Program-made: the position numbers and the translations under genes
Part shown: in pieces, positions 19,598 to 27,133 of the stretch
Position numbering within the stretch: the first letter of the stretch is position 1
Layout: every line of letters begins with the position of its first letter
The notes under the pieces: model-generated
Databases searched by the model: none
Told to the model about the DNA's origin: nothing
Seen by the model: only the letters and a program-made list of their open reading frames with translations
NCBI GenBank assembly: GCA_001769835.1
Contig: MEPR01000073.1
Span: 1,112-65,111 of the forward strand
DNA from: Bdellovibrionales bacterium GWB1_55_8
GTDB lineage: Bacteria; Bdellovibrionota; UBA1018
DNA: 64,000 bases
Direction of reading: 5' to 3'

Positions 19598-20314
19598 TTA
19601 AGATTCAGCGAGCAATTCCTGAGCGCCGAGACTGATGCCCTGCAGGGAGAAACTGCGGCGATGAATGGGGCTCGTGCCGAGCTTTCCGAGCGCTGCCGAA
19701 TGTTCGGCCGTGGCGTAGCCTTTGTGTGCTCCGAAGCCGTAGCCAGGATGCAGGGAATCAAGCTCAACCATATGCTGATCGCGCCAGACCTTGGCCACGA
19801 TGGAAGCTGCGGCGATACTCAAGGATTTCAGGTCGCCTTGTATGATGGCTGTCGAATCACAGCTCAGACCGGGCGGTTTGAATTTTCCGTCGACCAGGAC
19901 ATGCGCGGGTTCCAGATTAAGATTTTCCACCGCTCGTTTCATCGCCAGGTGGGATGCATGAAAGATATTAATCTCGTCAATTTCGGCGACGCTTGCGACT
20001 CCCAGCGCCCAGGCACCCGCCCAGGATTGAATTTTTCCTGACAGCTCTTCGCGGAGCGCCGCTCTCACCCGTTTGCTATCGGTGATGTCCTCTATCCAGG
20101 GACAGCTCTTCTTGTCGATCTTCTCAGGCAAAATGACAGCCGCGGCAACGACTGGCCCGGCCAGGCAACCGCGGCCGACCTCGTCCACCCCGGCCACGAC
20201 GATTCGCGGGTGCCCTTGTTTGAGCTCCCACTCCAGAGTGGGGCGCCCCAAAGTAACGCGCCGACGCGGGTGATCCGAAGATCCCCCTGCGTCGGCGCTT
20301 TTTTTCGAACGCAC
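19598..20314 (-). CDS. rnhB: Ribonuclease HII
   Basis: VAGVDEVGRGCLAGPVVAAAVIL catalytic motif. About 238 aa. Confidence 0.9.
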   Translation of the reverse strand: MRSKKSADAGGSSDHPRRRVTLGRPTLEWELKQGHPRIVVAGVDEVGRGCLAGPVVAAAVILPEKIDKKSCPWIEDITDSKRVRAALREELSGKIQSWAGAWALGVASVAEIDEINIFHASHLAMKRAVENLNLEPAHVLVDGKFKPPGLSCDSTAIIQGDLKSLSIAAASIVAKVWRDQHMVELDSLHPGYGFGAHKGYATAEHSAALGKLGTSPIHRRSFSLQGISLGAQELLAES

Positions 20315-20337
20315 GTCGAAAATTCCCCGTGCGATGA

Positions 20338-20769
20338 TTACTTGGTCTTGGCTGCAGGCTTCTGGGCGGCTGTTTTCGCAGCTGCCTTCTGGGCTGCTGA
20401 AGCCTGCGTCTCGACATCACGCTCGATACGAGCGGCTTTTCCTTCGAGTTCGCGGATGTAATAGAGCTTCGCGCGGCGCACTTTACCGGACTGCACCACT
20501 TCGAGCTTGGCTACCTTCGGTGAGGCTTCCAGGAACTTGCGCTCGACGCCTACCCCATGGGAGACCTTGCGAACACAGAAAGACTTGCTCGCGCCCTTAT
20601 TGTAGAGCCCGATCACGGTTCCTTCGAAAATCTGAATACGTTCTTTTTCACCTTCTTTGATGCGAACGTGAACTTTAACGGTATCGCCGGCTTTATATTG
20701 CGGGAAATCCGTGCGCAGCATGGACTTTTCGACCAGCGCGACTTTGTCCGCCATGCCCTTCTGATTCAT
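20338..20769 (-). CDS. rplS: 50S ribosomal protein L19 with Lys/Ala-rich C-terminal tail
   Basis: Aligns with L19 ([26 protein letters not shown]...[14 protein letters not shown]...KLYYIRE). The ORF extends to 20835, but the L19 N-terminus corresponds to [10 protein letters not shown] or MADKV. C-terminal tail: [19 protein letters not shown]. Confidence 0.9.
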   Translation of the reverse strand: MNQKGMADKVALVEKSMLRTDFPQYKAGDTVKVHVRIKEGEKERIQIFEGTVIGLYNKGASKSFCVRKVSHGVGVERKFLEASPKVAKLEVVQSGKVRRAKLYYIRELEGKAARIERDVETQASAAQKAAAKTAAQKPAAKTK

Positions 20770-20894
20770 CTGAAGGCCCTTGGACGTTTTTCTGTACTTC
20801 TGTTTGGTACCTGCCATTTTCAACTCCGATTTCAAAATACTTTGAACATCTGACTGTTGTCACGAATTCGCACTTCAAGCGCTCATTCGCCGGT

Positions 20895-21530
20895 TTACAG
20901 TCCGAACAGCCGATCGAGAATAATCGCGACAGCGGAACGAACAGAGAGGTGATTATAACCTCCATTACCTTCAGGCCCGTACACCGGAGCCAGAATCCGG
21001 TGCACCTCGGGATAAAAGGTATCCGATACTCCCCAGCCGGTGCCAAAAACCAGTACGACTGGTTTAGGGTTCCCGCCTGAGTGCCTCCGCTCTTCGAGTT
21101 CGCGCCGGTAATCGGCGTATGAAATCGACTTCGGAAGCGGCCTTGCATCGGTCAGCACCACTTCAGGGTCCTGGCCGTGCTTGGCACGAATTGCGGCTTT
21201 CACATCTTCAAACGTACTCACCAGCCGGACCAGTGAAACCGCCTCAACGCGATCCGGATGCTGCTTCCTGGACTCTTCCGTGCGCCAATGCGCCAGGATT
21301 CGCCCTACGAGTTCGTGCTGATCGAGAATCGGAGTGACCAGGAAATATCCCTGAGCCCCGTAGGTCCGAGCCGAACGTGAGATATCGTGGATATCCATGT
21401 TCGTAACGGCCGTGGTCACGATCGCGCCCTTACGGTTCACAATAGGATGATGCAGTAACACGACGTAAACCGGCAAAGAGCGCAAAGACACGAGGCTTAG
21501 GGAAATACCACCGGCCCGTCGATTTTGCAC
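20895..21530 (-). CDS. Putative SPOUT-superfamily RNA methyltransferase
   Basis: 211 aa. Glycine-rich SAM-binding-like loop VVLVFGTGWGVSD near the C-terminus. Located immediately upstream of rplS on the same strand. Family assignment is tentative. Confidence 0.4.
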   Translation of the reverse strand: MQNRRAGGISLSLVSLRSLPVYVVLLHHPIVNRKGAIVTTAVTNMDIHDISRSARTYGAQGYFLVTPILDQHELVGRILAHWRTEESRKQHPDRVEAVSLVRLVSTFEDVKAAIRAKHGQDPEVVLTDARPLPKSISYADYRRELEERRHSGGNPKPVVLVFGTGWGVSDTFYPEVHRILAPVYGPEGNGGYNHLSVRSAVAIILDRLFGL

Positions 21531-21659
21531 GGGTATTTACGATTCATCACACGGAACAGCCGCATGGCGTCATTTTTAATCTCTCGGGAGCCCCTCGACA
21601 CCCCACTCTAAAATCATTATCTTTTATACCAATCAGCTTAAACCCAGGGTGTCTGCCTC

Positions 21660-22823
21660 ATGAACTTCAAAAAAATCGCTTCCAGGAACGTATTAGCCGC
21701 CTCTTTATTCTCCCTGATCGCGCTCATGATGTCTGCTTCGGCCTATGCCGACGACGCCTGGGTGCTTCCCGGCGGGGTTTTCCGGCTGATCACGGGCGCC
21801 ACCTTCGTCAACAGCTCTCAGGAGTTCGATGGCAGCGGGGAAAAACACGAACTCGGGCCTGAGCTATCGCAGAAAGTACTTCAGACCGGTTTGAGTCTGG
21901 GACTTCCCTGGAGCACGTTGAATCCTGAAATCCACATGAAGACCGCTATTTTCAGGCAGGATTTCGCGATCGAATACGGACTAACAGATCTCATGAGCCT
22001 ATCCGTGCAGCTCCCGCTTTATTTCAATGCGGATGTCACGGCCACGTCCAACGAGGATATGAAAACCGCCCTAACCACCTTAAATTCAGCAATGGGCCCT
22101 GGCAAAGTAGGAGAGCTTTTTCAGAAACGGTCTCAGAACGGAAAAAAATCCGGAACCCTGGGAGACGTTCTCCTGGGCGGGAAATACCAGTTCCTGAACT
22201 CAGGATCCTCACCCACGAGTAACGATGCAGAGACGCTCAGGGCCGCAGCCGCCCTCGGCTTGAAGTTACCGACCGGCAGCACGGCAAGCCCGAACACGAA
22301 TGACATCTCGACCACCACCGCCTCTGACACGCAGTCCTGGATCTTGGGCGCAAGGACCTACTGGGATTATCAGTTCACGCGCAGTTTTTACCTGAACCTC
22401 TACACGGAGCACGAGTATCGCCTCCCCGGCAGCCGGAAATACCTGTACACCAACGAACTCACGGGCGACTACAGCGTCCTCGACACGACCTTTAAACCGG
22501 GCTTCTATAATCACCTGGAGCTCGACTTCGCGTTTTCCCCGGAGCTCATGACCGATCTGAGTCTTGAAACAGGAATTCGATTCACAGGGGACTACACCGC
22601 CGCAGGCAAATACACCAAAGCCCCTGAAGCATTTTCTTCGATCGCCGGCGAAACAACAAAAGGCTCCGCCGAGTACAACGTAATCCCTTATCTCGGCGTC
22701 TTCTACACGGGGTCACCGCTTCCACTTAAACTGAAAGTTGTTTATTATCAGCCCGCAGCAGGCGAAAACACCTATGTACTGAGCGGGCTTTCAACGGTGC
22801 TCCAGGCCTATATGAAATTCTGA
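21660..22823 (+). CDS. Putative outer-membrane beta-barrel protein (hypothetical)
   Basis: Signal peptide (MNFKKIASRNVLAASLFSLIALMMSASAYA). Amphipathic beta-strand-rich composition. C-terminal ...AYMKF (terminal Phe, typical of OMPs). Stop is 9 nt before the HK start. Confidence 0.45.
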   Translation: MNFKKIASRNVLAASLFSLIALMMSASAYADDAWVLPGGVFRLITGATFVNSSQEFDGSGEKHELGPELSQKVLQTGLSLGLPWSTLNPEIHMKTAIFRQDFAIEYGLTDLMSLSVQLPLYFNADVTATSNEDMKTALTTLNSAMGPGKVGELFQKRSQNGKKSGTLGDVLLGGKYQFLNSGSSPTSNDAETLRAAAALGLKLPTGSTASPNTNDISTTTASDTQSWILGARTYWDYQFTRSFYLNLYTEHEYRLPGSRKYLYTNELTGDYSVLDTTFKPGFYNHLELDFAFSPELMTDLSLETGIRFTGDYTAAGKYTKAPEAFSSIAGETTKGSAEYNVIPYLGVFYTGSPLPLKLKVVYYQPAAGENTYVLSGLSTVLQAYMKF

Positions 22824-22834
22824 TAAGGGCGATC

Positions 22835-24787
22835 ATGCGAAAAAAGCATTTTCTTCGAAGAATTCTGCTTTTAATCGCATTTTGCACAACACCCGTTTCA
22901 GCTGCAGAGCTCGCAGCATCGCCGACCGCCTTGCCTCTTTCGCCCGAGGTCGACAGCATCTCATTGGATGCCCTTGCCGAAAGCTGGGTGGAGTCAGACC
23001 TGAATCTAAAGGAACCGATCACGGCAGAGACGTTTCTGCCTTCGTCCGCTCCGCAGGGGCTTCCTTTACCCAGGATCGGCGGAACGCGGTTCAGCTACTC
23101 GAATTCAAACATCTGGATTCGCTTTCAGGTCGAAAACAGGAACCACACGGATACCGAGTGGGATCTCGTGGTTCGCCCGCCTCACATCACGTTCATCGAG
23201 TTCTATCAGTTCGACGCAGAATCCAAGCGGCGCCTGTCCCAATCCCATTTTTCACTTAAACAGGTGACAGCGGGCGACAACGGTCCGAATTTCCCCTTAC
23301 ACCTGGCACAAGGAAAAGCTTCAATCATCATTCTCAAGCTGGAAGCCGCGAGCGACCTCGGTTTCCAGCTCGTCACGCGAAAAGCGAACTTCAATCAGGT
23401 CCTTCGCAAGCGCATGGCCCATGGCATCTACTATGGCATCGCGATCGCCATGATTCTTTACAACCTGTTCATCTGGTTTTCGATTCGTGAACGACCCTAT
23501 ATCTACTACATCTTTTTCCTTCTATCTTTCGCGCTCACAGTCGGGATACTCGATGGCTGGGTTCCCCTCGGACGTTATTTGACTTTCACCGCCCTCATGA
23601 CGGTGTTCTGGGCCTCGCTCTTCACTCGAAATCTTCTTGAGACCAGGACCCGCCTTCCGCTTGCGGATACCCTCTTTCGCGCAATCACGGTTCTCAGCGG
23701 GACGATTTCATTTGTGATCCTGCTGCCGTTTTATCCGAAAATAGCGCCTCCCTTTGAATACCTGGGCGACATACTCATCGTCCTTTACATCCTGACAGCG
23801 CTTCTCACCTCGGCCTGGCTCGCGAAAAATGGCGTTCGAGCCGCGAAGTTCCTGACATTGGCCTGGTCGATGATGCTGCTCCTGATCGCGATGTACTTTC
23901 TGGCCATTTACGGAATGATCACGCCGCCCGTGGCAGCACCGGAGCTGGTCCAGATCGGGTCCGCACTGGAAATGATCCTTCTCTCGTTCGCGCTCGCCGA
24001 CAAAATCAAGACTCTGCGCCTGGAAAACGCAATTGCGAATGAAAAAGCGCAGAAATCAGAGCAGCTGAAGAAGCTCGTGCACATCATCTGTCACGATCTC
24101 GCGAACCCGCTCACCGCTATTCTCAACAATCTCGCCCTCCGAAAAAGGAAAGGCGAAAAAGGGTGGGAACCGATAGAAAGAGCAGCCAACCACCAGAAGG
24201 AAATCTTGGAACAGATCAGGGATCTGGAAGCCATCGAGTCAGGGAAACTCGTATTCAACATGCAACCGGTTTCCGTCCGCGACACCCTGGAAGAAATGCG
24301 TTCATCGTTCAGCAGCCAGCTCGAGGACAAAAATGTCGCCCTGTACATTCAATATGAGTTCACCACCGAAAACCCCTTCGTACTCTGCGATCCGGTAGCA
24401 TTTCACCACACGATTCTGAGCAATCTGATCTCCAATGCCATCAAGTTCTCATTCAAGGACAGCAAGATCACGGTGCTGGGGCGAGAAACGGACACTGAAA
24501 TTGAACTTTGCGTCGAAGACCGCGGCATAGGAATTCCAAAACACATCCGCGCGGTCCTGTTTTCCACGACAGCCATCACCTCACGCCTCGGCACCTTCGG
24601 CGAAAAAGGCACCGGCTTCGGAATGCCGCTGGTGCATTCCGTACTGAAGGCGATGAACGGCTCGATTGAAGTCGAGAGCCGATGCGCGGAAGAGGGTTAC
24701 AAGTGCTCCGGCACGAAGGTCACGGTGAGACTCCAAAAAGTGCAGGATATCGCGCTCGCAAATCTCCTCACTCAGGAAGTCATCTGA
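22835..24787 (+). CDS. 7TMR-DISM-type sensor histidine kinase (extracellular DISM domain + 7TM + HisKA/HATPase)
   Basis: Signal peptide and a ~180-aa periplasmic domain, followed by seven hydrophobic helices. H-box ICHDLANPLTAI. HATPase_c motifs (LISNAIKFS, EDRGIGIP, GTGFGMPL). Confidence 0.75.
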   Translation: MRKKHFLRRILLLIAFCTTPVSAAELAASPTALPLSPEVDSISLDALAESWVESDLNLKEPITAETFLPSSAPQGLPLPRIGGTRFSYSNSNIWIRFQVENRNHTDTEWDLVVRPPHITFIEFYQFDAESKRRLSQSHFSLKQVTAGDNGPNFPLHLAQGKASIIILKLEAASDLGFQLVTRKANFNQVLRKRMAHGIYYGIAIAMILYNLFIWFSIRERPYIYYIFFLLSFALTVGILDGWVPLGRYLTFTALMTVFWASLFTRNLLETRTRLPLADTLFRAITVLSGTISFVILLPFYPKIAPPFEYLGDILIVLYILTALLTSAWLAKNGVRAAKFLTLAWSMMLLLIAMYFLAIYGMITPPVAAPELVQIGSALEMILLSFALADKIKTLRLENAIANEKAQKSEQLKKLVHIICHDLANPLTAILNNLALRKRKGEKGWEPIERAANHQKEILEQIRDLEAIESGKLVFNMQPVSVRDTLEEMRSSFSSQLEDKNVALYIQYEFTTENPFVLCDPVAFHHTILSNLISNAIKFSFKDSKITVLGRETDTEIELCVEDRGIGIPKHIRAVLFSTTAITSRLGTFGEKGTGFGMPLVHSVLKAMNGSIEVESRCAEEGYKCSGTKVTVRLQKVQDIALANLLTQEVI

Positions 24788-24814
24788 AAAAAAAGGCCGC
24801 ACGTGCGTGCGGCC
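24787..24814. terminator. Perfect 20-nt palindrome (GGCCGCACGTGCGTGCGGCC) preceded by an A8 run; bidirectional terminator-like hairpin
   Basis: Seen directly at 24795-24814 with an A-run at 24787-24794. The T-run is on the minus strand. On the plus strand it immediately follows the HK stop codon. Confidence 0.5.
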
Positions 24815-25022
24815 TCATGTCAAACATGCTCTTTTGGTTTGCTGTCTGAACCAAAACACGCAAAACCATAACTCATCGACTTTACTCGCGTTTAAACTTA
24901 TTCAATTGATTTTCACTAAAACGGTGAATATGACAAAAATGTTAAAGGCGCTGCTCTTTAGGGCCGATGCGGAGTTCAGTGGATCAATCCTGATCTTGAA
25001 CTTTTTGACTCTCAAGGAGCGC
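24815..25022 (+). promoter_or_regulatory. AT-rich (~38% GC) leader/promoter region upstream of pilus operon; contains inverted repeat TTCAC-N7-GTGAA
   Basis: Marked GC drop relative to flanks (~58%). Inverted repeat at 24912-24928. AAGGAG Shine-Dalgarno ahead of the pilin ATG at 25023. Confidence 0.35.
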
Positions 25023-25508
25023 ATGATGAAAAAAATTCTGACACTCAGCATGGCCTCACTGATTCTGGTGATGTCGTTCTCGACTAAACAGGCAAACGCC
25101 GCAAGCACTACAGCAGATGCGTTACAAACAGTGACGGCCGCGATTTCGATAGCGAAAGTATCGGATTTGGATTTCGGCACAGGAGCACAAGGCGATGGTG
25201 CGAAAGCGGTTGCACCAGGTGCCGCGGAAAACGCGGAAAACGCGAGTTTTACAGTGACCGGCGAAGCAAGTCAGGCTTATACGATTTCGCTGCCTGCTGA
25301 CGGCTCCGTGGTGATGAGCACAGGGGGCGGTGGGACTGCCGATACCGAAATCGGAGTCGAGGGTTTTACGTCTTTTCCGGATACGACCGGCACGCTGGGT
25401 GCCGGCGGCACTGAAACCCTTTACGTCGGTGCCACTCGCGACGCTCTTCGCGCCACCCAAACGCCAGGTAGCTACAGCGGCGTCTTCACCGTTACCGTGG
25501 TTTACTAA
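25023..25508 (+). CDS. Secreted pilin subunit, spore-coat-U (SCPU)/CsuA/B-like, paralogue 1
   Basis: Signal peptide MMKKILTLSMASLILVMSFSTKQANA. Shares conserved blocks with two paralogues: DLDFG, NASFTVTG, SYTISLP, LYVGATRD, PGSYSGVFTVTVVY. Internal ATG with Shine-Dalgarno is preferred over the ORF start at 24807. Confidence 0.65.
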   Translation: MMKKILTLSMASLILVMSFSTKQANAASTTADALQTVTAAISIAKVSDLDFGTGAQGDGAKAVAPGAAENAENASFTVTGEASQAYTISLPADGSVVMSTGGGGTADTEIGVEGFTSFPDTTGTLGAGGTETLYVGATRDALRATQTPGSYSGVFTVTVVY

Positions 25509-25601
25509 ACTGATTTCGATAATCATACGCTCAAAGAGCCAGTGCCTCTGGGAAGGAACTGGCTCTTGTTTTTTCCAACATCGTCAAGCCATCATATCCG
25601 G

Positions 25602-26420
25602 ATGAGCACCTGCAAAAATTCGATCTACTGCTGTTTAGTCGGCGTCATGAGCCTTTTCGCGCTCACGCAACCGTGTTCTGCGAACCTTCAGGTATTCCCG
25701 ACACGAGTCGTTCTCACCGATCAGAAGAAAAACGGCTCGCTTTCCATGCGCCACATCGGACCCAAGATGGAGCGGTACCGAATCTCAGCGGTGTTTTACC
25801 AGATGAAGCCTGATGGAAGCATGTCGCTTCTGAAGGACGGACGGTCCGAGCCCACATCGCTGGTCCAACATCTGAGATTCAGTCCTCGTGAAGTCGTTCT
25901 TCAGCCCGGAACGGAACAGGTACTGCGACTCATGCTTCATCCGCGGAAGCGCCTGCCTGATGGGGATTATCGCGCTCACATCTATTTCGAACCCGCGGAT
26001 TCCGCTGAACAGGAGGGCACCGCTCCCTCTGCTGCAAACGGGGCCATGCAGCTCCGAGCGAAAATTGCGGTCGCAATCCCCGTGATCCTGAGGGGCAATG
26101 CTACTGCCAAACCGGCGATCGAGAATCTTCAACTTGTCAGAAAGCCAAAAGCCGCTCCTGAGTTCACCGCGAATCTGGTGCGTATCGGGTCAGGATTCCT
26201 GTTTGGCGACCTCCACTTGTTTTTCACTCCTGCGGGTGGCGCAGAAGAGTCCGTCGGAACCATTCTCGGGCTCTCCTCTTACATCGATTCACGAACCATC
26301 CGGTTTCCGGTTTCGGCCGATGCCGACAAATTACGGAATGGAAAGTTTCGGGTGGAATTCCGTTCTCCCACCGCTGAAGGAGGGGGCGTTCAGGCGCACT
26401 CCGAAATCAGTCTCCTTTAA
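25602..26420 (+). CDS. Periplasmic pilus chaperone (PapD/CsuC-like immunoglobulin-fold chaperone)
   Basis: Signal peptide, then LQVFPTRVVLTD...G (beta-strand A/G region typical of CU chaperones). About 270 aa. Lies between pilin genes and the usher. The start is taken at MSTCK (25602). Confidence 0.55.
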   Translation: MSTCKNSIYCCLVGVMSLFALTQPCSANLQVFPTRVVLTDQKKNGSLSMRHIGPKMERYRISAVFYQMKPDGSMSLLKDGRSEPTSLVQHLRFSPREVVLQPGTEQVLRLMLHPRKRLPDGDYRAHIYFEPADSAEQEGTAPSAANGAMQLRAKIAVAIPVILRGNATAKPAIENLQLVRKPKAAPEFTANLVRIGSGFLFGDLHLFFTPAGGAEESVGTILGLSSYIDSRTIRFPVSADADKLRNGKFRVEFRSPTAEGGGVQAHSEISLL

Positions 26421-26586
26421 TTGACCCCCGGAAAAACGTCCTGCAGGCGCTAGTTATAAACCATTGAATCAAAACAGAAATCTTCTTCACAGACAGTTTT
26501 AAATTCAACGATTTGACGCAATGCATTAGCTTGCTAAACTAATTCTACAGACGAAGCTCGTCTCTGACCGTCGTGTGGAACGTTGA

Positions 26587-27093
26587 ATGAAACTTGTTTA
26601 TAAAAACTTTTCTCATCGCGTAAACGCCGCAGTGCCATTCCTGATGCTGGCATTCGCCTCGTCGCATATGCCAGCAGCCTACTCAGCCTCGAGCGTCGCC
26701 ACCTGCACACAGACTGTGACACCAGCGATTTCAATTCAGAACATCTCGGGATTGGACTTCGGCTCGGCGTCCGCCGGGACCCAGGCTCTGCTTATTGACT
26801 CAGGCACTGAGGAAGACGCCAGGAACGCCAGCTTCATTGTAAGCGGCGAACCACGGCGCTCATACTCCATCACGCTTCCGGAAGATGGCGTCGTTGAAAT
26901 GACATTGAGTGAGGCAAAAGGGCCTCAGTCGCAAATCGGTGTAAATGGATTTCGCTCCTATCCGTCTGGCGCGGGAATCATTGGAAGCGAAGGGAATCAG
27001 CTGCTGCTTGTCGGAGCCAGCCGTGATCCCTTGGACAAGGATCAACTACCGGGGTTTTACAGCGGCTCCTTCACCGTCACCGTTGTTTACTGA
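26587..27093 (+). CDS. Secreted pilin subunit, SCPU/CsuA/B-like, paralogue 2
   Basis: Signal peptide. Blocks GLDFGS, NASFIVSG, SYSITLP, LLVGASRD, PGFYSGSFTVTVVY shared with paralogues 1 and 3. Confidence 0.65.
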   Translation: MKLVYKNFSHRVNAAVPFLMLAFASSHMPAAYSASSVATCTQTVTPAISIQNISGLDFGSASAGTQALLIDSGTEEDARNASFIVSGEPRRSYSITLPEDGVVEMTLSEAKGPQSQIGVNGFRSYPSGAGIIGSEGNQLLLVGASRDPLDKDQLPGFYSGSFTVTVVY

Positions 27094-27133
27094 GCTGACA
27101 GCGGTCAACTAAGCCGTTAGCATTCGATACAGA

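Noticed and set aside
24807-25022. Upstream 72-codon extension of the first pilin ORF (MRPHVKHALLVCC...)
   Set aside because: The extension lies in the AT-rich leader and has poor codon usage. An internal ATG with an AAGGAG Shine-Dalgarno and a canonical signal peptide (MMKKIL...) at 25023 is far more plausible.
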